Made by a program: the position numbers and the translations under genes. A stretch of 64,000 nt of DNA from Rhizodiscina lignyota (lineage: Eukaryota), in contig ML978121.1 of assembly GCA_010015805.1 (NCBI GenBank), forward strand, positions 3,596,001-3,660,000. Direction: 5' to 3'. The notes beneath the pieces were generated by a model. That model made no database searches. It saw only the letters and a program-made list of their open reading frames with translations, and had not been told where the DNA came from. This document shows positions 37,436 to 48,579 of the stretch, piece by piece; the stretch's first letter is position 1; each line of letters begins with the position of its first letter.

Positions 37436-39991
37436 GTTGCTGGTGCACCGCCTGGTGTTTTGGACTGGCGGTGGTTGTTGAAGGTGAAGAAGCTTGTGGG
37501 CCGTAGGAGATGATTTTATAGCCCTTCGGCAAAAGTGCGGCAATGACGGAACAGGTGTTGCGATGACGGAACGGGTGTTGCAAAAGGTGAAGTGTTTGGA
37601 TTGCGAAGTCGCTGCCCATTGACCCTCTCACGGTGAAGCTTCACTCGCCTGATGCACAAACGAACAGAACCCACAAGGCTCCAGCGACTATTCGAAAGTG
37701 ATGCGCAAAGGCCGCAGACCGGAGGAAATGCTCGTCTCCGGCGTGAGCGAAACCATAGATTCCAAACAGTTTGAAATGAGGTTAAGTCTGCTCAACTTGT
37801 GGCAGTGTACACAATTGCCACAGCCTGTGTGAAATAGAGGCTGTCTAGCTGGAAATTAACGCCCTGAAGGAAGTAACGAGAGTCACAGATACTATTGCAC
37901 CCCGTACGAGTGAATGGCTAGACTGTAGCGGGTTACAGATGGAGTTGAGGCTGTTCGAGTCGCTGCAGCCACCGCAACAAATTGCGAAATGCCCGGAGCA
38001 ACAGTGAGAACAGAATAGCATCCATCGTTCTCTTTGCAGTCGAAGATAACTCTTGTAGGCTAATTCTGGTCTATCTTCTTCTCACCTGAGGTCCAGAAGA
38101 TTCCCGCAGCAGGCTCCATGGCGCTAAAAAAGGGAGACGATGCCTTCAGCCACAGGCCAAGGGAATTAGGCGCGTTGAGTCCAGACTAACCACTATTGCA
38201 TGCGGATATACGTGAATTCAAATGAATTCAATTAACCGCTTCAATTGGATCAGAACGCTGCCCAACGGCTTGTCGCATTCCATGGTAGTTTCAATGTTGT
38301 ATTTATCGCCGGGTGGGCTGCAATATCACCCAGGCATCCGTGTATCGCTTCTTTGCCGCCTTTGGCTCCCGAAAGTCTTCGGTAGAGGTGGATTCTCGTA
38401 CTTTGTCGTTTGACTGCATTTCGATCTCGCGTCGATGTCCAGGACGATTCTGCTACTCTTACTGATCCGTGGAAAGATCGCTCAAGAACTGTGCAAGTCC
38501 TCCCAGCGCCAAAGATCTAACGAATCACCACCACTGTGCCCGGTGCATTTAGAGAAGCTTGTACATAAGACAAGATCGGAAGGGGACAGGGTATGTGCGA
38601 ACGAAATTAGGGAAAATCTTTGCCAACTTACATCTCTACGGCGGCAGGCAGGTGGATCAATAACTGCGTCACCCTGCCTATCGTTGATTGCGCCATGGAG
38701 CGGTCGCCGAAAAGCAGCTCAAGATGGCTTTATACAAGCCTTTGGGCGGTAAGGTTGTCTTGTCGTGTCGAAGTCTTGCAATCTACAGTGCGCGACGTTG
38801 AGTACACACCCAACAGGTATCTACGGAGTTGCCGAGTATGTAGCGCGAAGGATCTCGAGTCAGATCTTAGTAACTTCTAACCTACGTATTTAGTGGGACA
38901 ACTCGGCCACCGAACTCCACCGAGAATCTCATCCGCGATTATCTCATGCCCGAGCTGGGCCAAAACTCAGGGGAAACCAGACTGTCGGATCTACTCATGT
39001 ACTTTGCTGCATGCAACTGTAAGCATTTACATCATGCGTAGTGTAGGGTCGAATAGGCTAGCCGCTAGAGGTCCGTTCCGCGATTCCGCGGACCAAGATC
39101 GGATATATCACAGGATATATCGATGGCCCCTTCGAAATGTGCAACAAATCATGGTTAGGAGGAGCCACGATCTTCAGGTAGCCTATTGACAACGCTTTTC
39201 ATAGAGGCGCGGAAGACAATCCTCGATTTTCTATGTCTCCCATGTTGTGGAGCTTCGGTCGAGCCTCGGTTTCCCTGAGCTGCTTTCGAATTACTGCTGA
39301 ACTCGAGGCAGGAGTTACCTTCTTCGGAAGCATATGCTTACTGCTCTGTGCTCGTTGTACTTGATTAATTCGGACAATATAACTTGATGTTCGCGAGTCG
39401 TAACATTGAACCCGAGCGCACTGACGCAACTGTTGAGCGATTTGCATGGACGAAATCGCCCAAAATAGAGCCGCTTTTGTCTTGATCACCAGCTCACGCG
39501 TAGGGCACGTTCACCGATGTCGACTTCGCCGATGACCGGCAGTGTACGGTACGTCTCGTTCGAGAGAATCACGACGCAGGTCGGGATGCGATCGAAGGGA
39601 GAGTCGAAATTAGCTCAAGGTGCCGATCGCGCTAATGTATATGAGGAAATAATTCCGGAGAATCAGATAAGATGGAGAATTCCATTCGAAATATATGCCG
39701 TGTACAGCAGTAAGTTCAGACAAGGCTGACAATTAGTACATTAATTCCTTTCGAGTGGTAAAATGCCTCGCGAAAGTCTTAACACCGTGCATGCAAAGCT
39801 GCAGATGGCACACCAGCCCGTCAGCGGAATTGAACTGGGGCACAGGGGGTATTTCCCGAAATCCACTTTGAGAAATTAACAAAGCAGAGTAATCAATTAC
39901 TTCGAGTACAATAAATGGAAGATGCCTACAGAATTTCCAGTCAGCATTCCCAGGCAAAACAATCAGCAGCCTCAGGATCTCTCTCGCAGCA

Positions 39992-41641
39992 ATGGGAGTT
40001 CAAAATTTCCCCAGAAGACTGCTTTTGTCTGTCTCGACAATAGTCGCTCTTCTGGCAAACCAATGCCTTGCCACTCCTCAAGCCGATGTATCCGACCTCC
40101 CAGCTCATCTCGAAGCCTTGAGACCGAAATATCTTCCAGATTTCCGGAACCTGGCCGAACAAATTTATAACCACCCGGAGATAGGCCGATCAGAGTTCTT
40201 CGCGCATAACATTACCATGGAATACTTCCAAAAAGAACATCCTGGCCTTTGGGAGGTAACGCCCAGTATCCTGAAGACTCTGCCGACGGCATGGAAGCTA
40301 GAATATTCCCACAGACCTTCCGACTGGCCGGAAGATAAGCCGCTGCCGATTGTGGGTTTTATGTCCGAGATGGACGCCTTGGAGGGTATTGGACATTCTT
40401 GCGGTCACCATCTCATCCACATGCAGGGTCTGTATGCAGCCAGTCTAGCCCGTCAGGCCCTGATCGACTATAATATCGCCGGTCGTCTTGTTCACGTCGG
40501 CACACCCGACGAAGAGGAAGCTTGTGGAAAGCATGATCTTGCTGTGGCCGGCGTCTTCGAGGAAAGCCAAGTCTGGCTGATGTGCCATCCCACAATCAGT
40601 TCGGACATTCAGCCTATGTAAGAATCAATGCAACTCGCTTATTTAGGGATATGCTAACCGTAAGACGCGAGCAGGTCATGGAGAGATAACATCATTGTCC
40701 GGGTCATCGAAAAGACGCACTTCGAAGCAGTGAAAGCCGTATACAACATGCTGGTGCCGATCAGAAACCTGATAGGAAAGCTGCCTGGCACGAACTCGAC
40801 CGCGAGCATTGTTGAAGATGTTGGGATGTTCGTCTGTAACGTCGTCGAAGCCGACATTGCTCTCGGAGTCGTTGGACCGGATATCGCTACGGTGAATGAC
40901 ACCATTAACGCTATTAAGTCTTCCAATGCTGGATACGTTACCACAAACTTCACCGTCGCGAAGAACGCTAAAATTGAAGGAGGTATTGATATTATGTTCC
41001 ACGGAAATGCCGGCCATACTGCTTCGAACAACCTTGGTGCTCTGGATATGTCTGTCGATGCTTTCCAGGCACTAAATGCGTCGGATCCCAGTTTCGAATT
41101 CTACATGCCTGATAACACCACTTCAAGCGAACTCGATTTCACCGTTGATTGTCGTACTCGATGGACCGATGAGGGCCGTGACGTTATAAATGCCGTACTT
41201 CCGTTCATCACGACGAAGAATTACGTTCTCGATGTGGAATATCCTGCGCTCGAAATTGACCCGTATCTGGGCCAGTTATTCGTCGATACCATCGCACTTC
41301 CAGAGTATGGAAAGCAGATCTGGCCCATCACCCCTCTTGCGCCCGCTGCTACTGATGCAGGCTGGGTCCAACAAGCCATCGTGAACAGCGACCACACGGT
41401 AAAGGGCTTCGGCAAAGCCGTGGTTCACGCAAACTACAACATCTGCCCGAGCAACCAGACCATCTGCCCTTTCAACCATGAGCCTTTGTTCAGACCATTG
41501 GCCGGGCTGGACTTTGCCTATCAGGAGACAGAGAAGGTTGCTCGAGCTCTTGCGCAAATAGCTGTCGAGTTGCTCAACGATCCAGAGAAGATGGCTGTTG
41601 CCACGAAGGACATCATTGCCGGTCCGAAGAAGAGGGTTTGA
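39992..41641 (+). CDS. Peptidase M20D-type amidohydrolase (PM20D2/ACY1L2-like) with predicted signal peptide
   Basis: Exons 39992-40617 and 40675-41641. IYNHPEIGRSE, SEMDALEGIGHSCGHH, GTPDEEE, MCHP, ATDAG, NHEPLF; hydrophobic N-terminus. Confidence 0.85.
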
Positions 41642-42197
41642 TCTAGACAAGTTCTGTATATTCAACTTAGATCTCTAATTAGTGGGTGAGACACATGTGA
41701 ATAGAATAAGTTCACAGATTCAGATGTGTACGACGCTGTTAACTTGACCGACCTTCTGATAAGCTTCGGATCGCATGGCAACTGGAACAAAGATATGCTC
41801 CGCGGGATATATCTTCATCCAACTGCGCCCTCACCGAGGCCGTAGCTGTCGCAAGCTAGCTTTGTCGATCTGCAAAAGCTTCCGGCAGACGGCTATCTTT
41901 TAAACCCCAATACCTTGATGGCTGACCAGCTGGTGTTGCTGTCCCCTGCGCTAGCTACACTTGGCTAGAGCAAGCTGTGTGATCTTACGAGAAATGACCC
42001 GCTAGAACTGCCAACTTCACTTGCTCCTGACCAGCTTTCGAAAGCCATTTTCAGCGGTATGCGAGCAGTTATACATTGAATATGATGTTGTATATTCCTT
42101 GATACCGCCCGTCGATGGAGGACGGGCTCGATTACGCTCGGGATCTTCTAAATACTCCTGCTCTGACTACGTGGAATCGCCTCATCTTCTCCAAGTC

Positions 42198-42470
42198 TGT
42201 ATTCGAAGCAAAGCGCACTTGGAACGGAAGCAAGGTGGGCATAAGATCTCTAAGTCGGAGCATAAGCTCCACTTGCGCGTGAAGGCTGCATTCAAGTTCG
42301 ACCGGAGTCCGCCCATTGCATTTCCCCGGAGTTGCACAAACTCACCACTGTGTATTCGAAGCAGAGCCCGCCATAGACAGAGGCATGGTAGACTGAAAAT
42401 AAACAAGCCACAGGCAAATCTTCTCCTGAATGCGGAGATAGCGTCAAATTGCAACCGAGGCCACTGATCG
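42198..42470. repeat. Degenerate direct duplication, period 153 bp
   Basis: TGTATTCGAAGCA(a/g)AGC at 42198 and 42351, with weaker similarity continuing downstream. Confidence 0.5.
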
Positions 42471-42827
42471 AATACGCGCCGACTTGCGATAGCTGATATA
42501 TAAGGCGGTACGAGCCAATCTCCTACCAAAATTCTACATTCCAAAGGACAAGTGTTAAAAGACCTATCCAAGCGGTTTGAGCTTGTTTGGCTTCTCGACC
42601 GTACTTCCCTCAGGGCCGCTGGTGTGCATCTTCGACAATCATAGGCGCTTTCACCGTACTTTCGGTCATCACGAGACTCCGCAAGCTTCACTTCCCACTT
42701 GAAGGAAGATCATCTGATCACTTATCTTTCATCATTATCGGCAGCATCGTCACTCAATTTATTTGGTTCTTTTGAATTTACCATCGGAATCAGTGGGTGT
42801 CCATCGGCCACCAGCATCGTGACCGGA

Positions 42828-44041
42828 TTACTGCGCGTCATTTAATCGGCCTGGCGTTATGATAAGCCTCTTTGCACTGATTTTTCCGTCCCGAAGAAGA
42901 TTCCATGCCTCAGGGACCTTCGACAAACCTCCTAACACTTCCAAAGGCAGAGTCTTCAATCTCCCGTCCGAGAACGCGGCTTCAAAATAATCCCACCACA
43001 CCCACTCCGTGAACTCTTTGTACTTGGGATCGAGGAAGTCAAGCAGATACTGAATAAAAACTCCAGTCACACCTTCAGGGAGTTGCACCCCTGCTCGCAC
43101 GCCCATGGTGGTTAAGAATCGGCCTCCGCCTTGTGCAGCCAAGATCCGGCCAATCTTGACCTGATCCTCCGCTGAGTCCGCTGCAGCATAAACGGCTTTG
43201 AAAGGACCAAGAGCCTCAAGATCCTGCACAACGGTTGCAGAGAAACGATCTACGAAATGCGATACAGCAAGCGTCTTGGCTAGCTCGGCATGGCGTGCGG
43301 AAGCAACTCCCACTACAGTGTATCCCGCTTCCTGCGCTAGTTGGGCAGAGGTCGCACCGATGGAGGATGAGAGACCCCAGATGAGAACCTTCTCTTTCCT
43401 TTTGATCGAATGCGACTTGCCAGAAGGTCGTTCAAGATCCAAATAATGAAAGAGCGCGCGCATCGACGTGTACGCTGTAGAAAGCGCCGCCCCGTCTTCG
43501 AAAGGAGTGTTGCCGATCTGTATCATGCAGTGTCAGCCACGGACTCATAGGCTTGCGAAAGCCATGGATGATACACACTTTCGAAGTTAACTCTTGCGGA
43601 ACAAGGGAGAATCGTTGGTAAGCACCGAAGCGATGGTCATCTCGCAAGACCCCGGTCGCGATGGCCGCAATTCGATCACCCGGTGCGAATCGACTCACTC
43701 CAGTTCCTACCTTCTCCACCACGCCGGAAAGCGCGGCTAGACACAAGTGCGCTGAGCATTAATGTATCGTGATAGGGAATGCTACACTTACTTCCAATGA
43801 TTGTCGGATAGGTCAGTTTGAGGGGAATGATACCAGCCAGAAGCTTCCATTCCCCGGGTTGGGTAGCGACTGCCCTGAAATTCTTTCAGCCATGGAGAGA
43901 GTACAATTGAAGAAGCATGCACATGAGAAAACCTTACTTCACTTGAATGAGGAGCTGACCTTCTCCCGGCTCTGGAACGGCTGCTGGCCCGAGTCGTGAC
44001 TCCTTGCCAACACCGTCAACCCAGAGCGCCTTGTTTTCCAT
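42828..44041 (-). CDS. MDR-family NAD(P)H oxidoreductase (zinc-independent, enoyl/quinone reductase-like)
   Basis: Four exons: MENKALW...PEPGEGQLLIQVK-AVATQPGEWK...YPTIIG-TALSGVVEKVGTGVSRFAPGDRI...GAYQRF; Rossmann VLIWGLSSSIG; C-terminal GKISAKRLII. Confidence 0.88.
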
Positions 44042-44332
44042 GACCTGGTGTAGAAAGAAGTAACGAATTTTTCAATCAGTTCATAGACGGTGCACCAAAT
44101 ATTCAATTCAAGTCCGAATCTGCGACACGATGCTAAATTCGTTTATTCGAATCGACGAGATTGTGAACCCAGCGCCAAATATATAAAATCGACGTTCGGA
44201 TCTTCGGTACACAACCATAACGAGTACTGGTACGAGTAATTGCGCTGCATTATAAATCAAGCGTTAAACCTCACCGTATACTCTGTGAAGACGGATCCGG
44301 GTATATGTGGCACGCGATTGATTTGTAATAAA

Positions 44333-46356
44333 TCATGCAGGTACATCCGCGCTTTTCTTGTCCTCCACATGTACAACAGAGCTTCCTTGTTTCTCGGCTT
44401 GAATCACTTTCATGTCAGCTGCGTGCTGTTGCAATTCAGCTGTTGCGGCGGAGGCGTTCCCAAGCCTGCCAGTGTCGAATATGAGCGACACCTCCTCAAT
44501 CGTCAGGCCTCTCGTCTCGGGGAAGAAGAATACGACAAGAGCGAGGTACATGCACAGAAGCGCAATATAGACGATGTAGCTGGACAACGCAGTCAGCATC
44601 GACAGTCCCGAGTAGCGGTTGTTGGGCATATGAGTGGCCAGTCATACTATTTCCAAGTGATGCTCTTTAGTGCAACAGGATTGACCCATTGATTGAAGGC
44701 TTGCGCAACGCTCTGGACACTCAGAAGGATGCCCAAGCCTTTCAAGCGCATATGGTACGGGAGGATCTCTGCGCCGTACGAAAATGGGAGCGGGGTCCAT
44801 CCGAAGTCGTAGAAACCATAGAAGATGAAGAGCATGGGTATCACAGCGATGCCAGTGGCATGTTTCTTGTGCTCAGCGAAGCTCCCCTGATCACTGGTCA
44901 GCATTGATCTCAAGCGGTATCGGGTCAGGCATCTGCACTGAGAGTCCGGTTATGACGATGTACGAGGCGAGCATTCCAATAGTCGAGATCAGCCATAACT
45001 TCCGTCGTCCAAGCCTTTCGGCATTTAAGGAGCCGGCATATGCGAGAATGAGGTTCCACACAGCCAATCCACCATTGATGCCAGCTGATTAATCGTAAGC
45101 TAACATTCCAGTAGCCAACCATTGAATCCACTATACATACATATCTGGGCGGGATTCGTTATGCCGATGAGGTTCAGGACTGCGATAGTCAGCAATAATA
45201 CAGTGGCTCAAGTGTTTACGAATACAGTACCGGGTGTCAAATAGTACGAGATAATCCCATTTCCGCTCCCTACTCATTTTGAATGTATTAGTAGAGCTCG
45301 AAGAGAGGCAAACCTCAAGGTGTGGCTCCAGCTGCGGATTACTGGCAGATATACAACAGGCCAACTCACAATTAGTTCCAGTTGCCATAGTCAACAGTAC
45401 AAGAAGACGCCGCCGATTCGGAGCTGTTTTCACGAAATCGATCCAACGAGTCTTCTTGTTCATCTCTTCGAGTTCGATGATTGCGCAGATCTCCTGGTAT
45501 TCATACTGAACAAGTTCGTCGTTCTGATCTCCATTTGCATGATATTTTGCGAGAATAGACAGGGCCTTATCGGTTTTCCCGTGATGTACAAGCCACTATA
45601 AAGTTGTCAGCCCGTTATCGAAGGACATCGGAGACCGTTGAACACACGCGAGGGGATTCCGGAATGACGGCGAGAAATAGTAGGACGACGATGGGCGCCG
45701 TTATCTGGAATAAACATGGGGCTCTCCATGCCCAGTCATCTGTATCTCCCCAGTGCAGAGATCCGTAGCAGAACCACGCTGCTACTATGGAACCGACGTA
45801 GTAATTACAGTAGAAAGATGACGCTAGGATAGCTCTCAGTCGCGGATGAGCGATTTCTTGAAGCAGTGCAACTGCAGTAATCTTGCCGAATGGACCAGCA
45901 GCACCAATCAGACAGCGGCCGGCAATAAACATGCCTGCGTTCCTCGCAAAGGCATTTACAAAGGCGCCCGCAATAAGAACGACGGAACCAACTGCGAGAG
46001 AGGCTTTCCGGCCCCATTGATCGTTGATGGCGGAAGAAATGTACGGCGTCACAATCGCAGGTAGAAACAAACTGGCCGAGATGAGGCCAAGATAACTGCT
46101 GTCCGGGTCGTTGAAATATGCTTTCCATTGAGGCATTGCTTGCAGCCCGTTCAAGAGAGATGCATCGTACCCCAAGTAGAAGACTGCAAAGTATAGGCCA
46201 ATGCAGTGTAAGACATTTTGACGAAGGCCTGGGTCTTTGAGCCACCACTTGGCGGTATTGTCTTGACGAATTTTAGCATTTCCACGTCTTCTATTCCAGA
46301 AAGATGCACGCACTTTGATATCGAGCAAAGCTCATTTGATTGCTATCCCCAGCCAT
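44333..46356 (-). CDS. MFS sugar porter (lactose permease / cellodextrin-transporter-like clade)
   Basis: Eight exons splice in frame: WWLKDPGLR, GYDASLLNGLQ, DQWGRK, LQEIAHPRLR, PESPR|WL, WSGNGIISYYL, YGAEILPY, PETRGLTIEE. Confidence 0.92.
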
Positions 46357-46846
46357 GGTGCGAAAACAAAATAAATTGTGGGGAAGTGTTGATAGTGCAG
46401 CTGCGAGTGAAGGGTGTCGTGGAAAGGTGGATTATGATGTGGCACTGAGCATCTTCAATGGCTTTGGCAGTCCATCGGCCATATTTCCGAGCTCGGAATG
46501 ATTTGGGCTCTGAAGATGTCGTCCAGGGAAAGCAAATTTGACGGAGTTGGAAATTGTCGAATTTTTCTTCCCTCTACAGTGATCGTTGATTGCAAGGCAT
46601 AGGGATTTTCCATGGGCCGCTGCGAACCCGGCTTTGGAATGCTGGGGCGAGAGGCGGGGATTCCGAACCAGCTCGGTATTTCGGAAATGATGCCGAACAA
46701 GTCAATCATGATGGTAGAAGTTGGGATAGAAGGGTAAGTAACTGTCGAACGTATCGAAATCAGCATTAGAGGTTGACAAAGATAAAGGGAGCCTGATTGT
46801 CGAATTTCTTCATTTGAAGCCGAACCTGATAATCGATATCATCATC
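46357..46846. promoter_or_regulatory. Bidirectional promoter (transporter/dioxygenase) with candidate Zn2Cys6 and CreA sites
   Basis: Perfect palindrome TTCCGAGCTCGGAA at 46485-46498; TTCCG 46661, CGGTA 46674, CGGAA 46682; SYGGRG at 46378, 46642 and 46654. Confidence 0.55.
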
Positions 46847-48050
46847 ATGTCTACCGCAACGCAGACCACAACCTCAGAAGGGACTATTCCAATCAAGCCG
46901 ACGCCAGTATGGGTGCCGTTTACAGTTGAAGGGGAAGTTCCTCCGCCGTACAGAACTCCTAAGTTCGGCCTCAAGGTCATTCCCCTCCACCCGACATTTG
47001 CTTGTGAGCTGGAGGGAGTTGATTGGAGCAAGCCGGTGCCACAGGAGGTGTATGAAGAGATCAGAGACCTCTGCGACAAAGTAGGTCTGAGGATACAGCC
47101 ATACCCGTTCCAGATACTAACAACTTCGAATAAGTACGGCGTTGTAGTCTGCAGAAATACCGGACTCTCAGATAAAGCACACGTCGAATTTTCCCAATAC
47201 TTTGGTGATTTGGACGACGTTGGTCCATATCAACAAGCAGGTCGCACTCATCGTCTGCCATACTTGGAGCTTTTCGATGCAGGAAATATCGATCCAGCTA
47301 CTGGAGATGTGGCGCCTTTAACAGCAGCGCAGGTCATCGGCAACAAGGTAGCCTCCTGAACGGTTTGCTGCTGTACGAAGTGCTGACAGTCCGAAGGCAA
47401 ATGAGCAATTTCATGTCGACTCCTCGTTCAACGGACGAAGAGCAGGCCACTCGTTGCTGCTTGCCCATATACTTCCGCCGGCAGACATGGGGGGCGCAAC
47501 GGAAGTCCGTAAACGGTCCCAATGAAAGTAGTGCGAAGCTAATGTTGTTCAACAGTTCTCAGATTCCAGAACTGCATACGGGGATCTCTCAGCGGAGAAG
47601 AAGAAACAGATAGAGAACCTTGTGGCCAACCACTCGCTCTTCCATTCACGAAAAAAGGCAGTGCCGCACTATTTCAAAGATCTTGATCCCCGAGACCATC
47701 CGTTCAGCAAACACAAGCTCGTGCAGCGGCATGAATGGAGCGATCGTATGAACCTTTACATCGCATCATATTGCCATAGTATTGATGGTATGTCAGATGA
47801 GGAGGGCACGGCTTTGATTGAAGAATTGCTTTGGCATGTTTCGCAACCGAAATATCGCTACACGGTTCCTTGGAAGCAAGAGAAAGACCTGATAATCTGG
47901 GATAACACATCTGTTATGCATAGAGCAACGGGAGGAACGTATGAAGGAAAATTTAGAAGAGATATGAGACGAACAACGGTGAAGGACATGAGTACTCAAC
48001 GGTTTGGGCTGAACGGTGACGGCGCTGACTGGCGTGTTGGCATGCCTTAG
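46847..48050 (+). CDS. Fe(II)/2-oxoglutarate-dependent dioxygenase, TauD/TfdA family (TfdA-like)
   Basis: Introns 47081-47134, 47348-47396 and about 47506-47554. PLHPTFACELEGVD, facial triad NEQFHVDSSF (HxD) plus WDNTSVMHR, GGATEFSDSRTAY, RDMRRTT. Confidence 0.92.
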
Positions 48051-48579
48051 GCAGGCTGTATCCTACGTAGCTTTAGAATTACACTGTTCTCGAGGGAAGG
48101 TAGATGTGGATATGAGCTCTAAGCTTTGTACAGTGTTTCTTAACCTGCTTGCGAAGTGTTTTCGGGGACAGTAAGGGACTTACTTTGAACGCCCCTTGGC
48201 AACAGAAGCAGTGTAAGAACTCATAGGAGAAAATTGAGGGACCTTGCAGTGTACTCTCGTCAGGGATAAAGAGACTTTTATTTACCCTGAACCATTCCAT
48301 AGCAATGAGTTGGAAGGCGGCGGAAGCCACTTCAATGCCACCTCCAGTCGTGAGTAGCTTCGTGTATCTCTGAATCCGTGTCGAGAGCGGAATTACTGCC
48401 CATGTAAGACAGCAGCGGGCTACACACGCATCTGCGAGTAGTATGATTTAGCCATTTCTCCCCTTGAGCCGTGATGCGACCCAGAGGGGATTTTTTGTGC
48501 GAGAGATTGATAATGAGCGGAGTTGCTTCGTTCAAGAGGGGATCTCCGAGCTGTGAAATCGCTTCCCGCTTCTACCACC

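Noticed and set aside
37500..39950. 2.4-kb gene-poor stretch, possible transposon relic
   Set aside because: No terminal repeats, transposase or RT motifs, or RIP-like AT enrichment seen.
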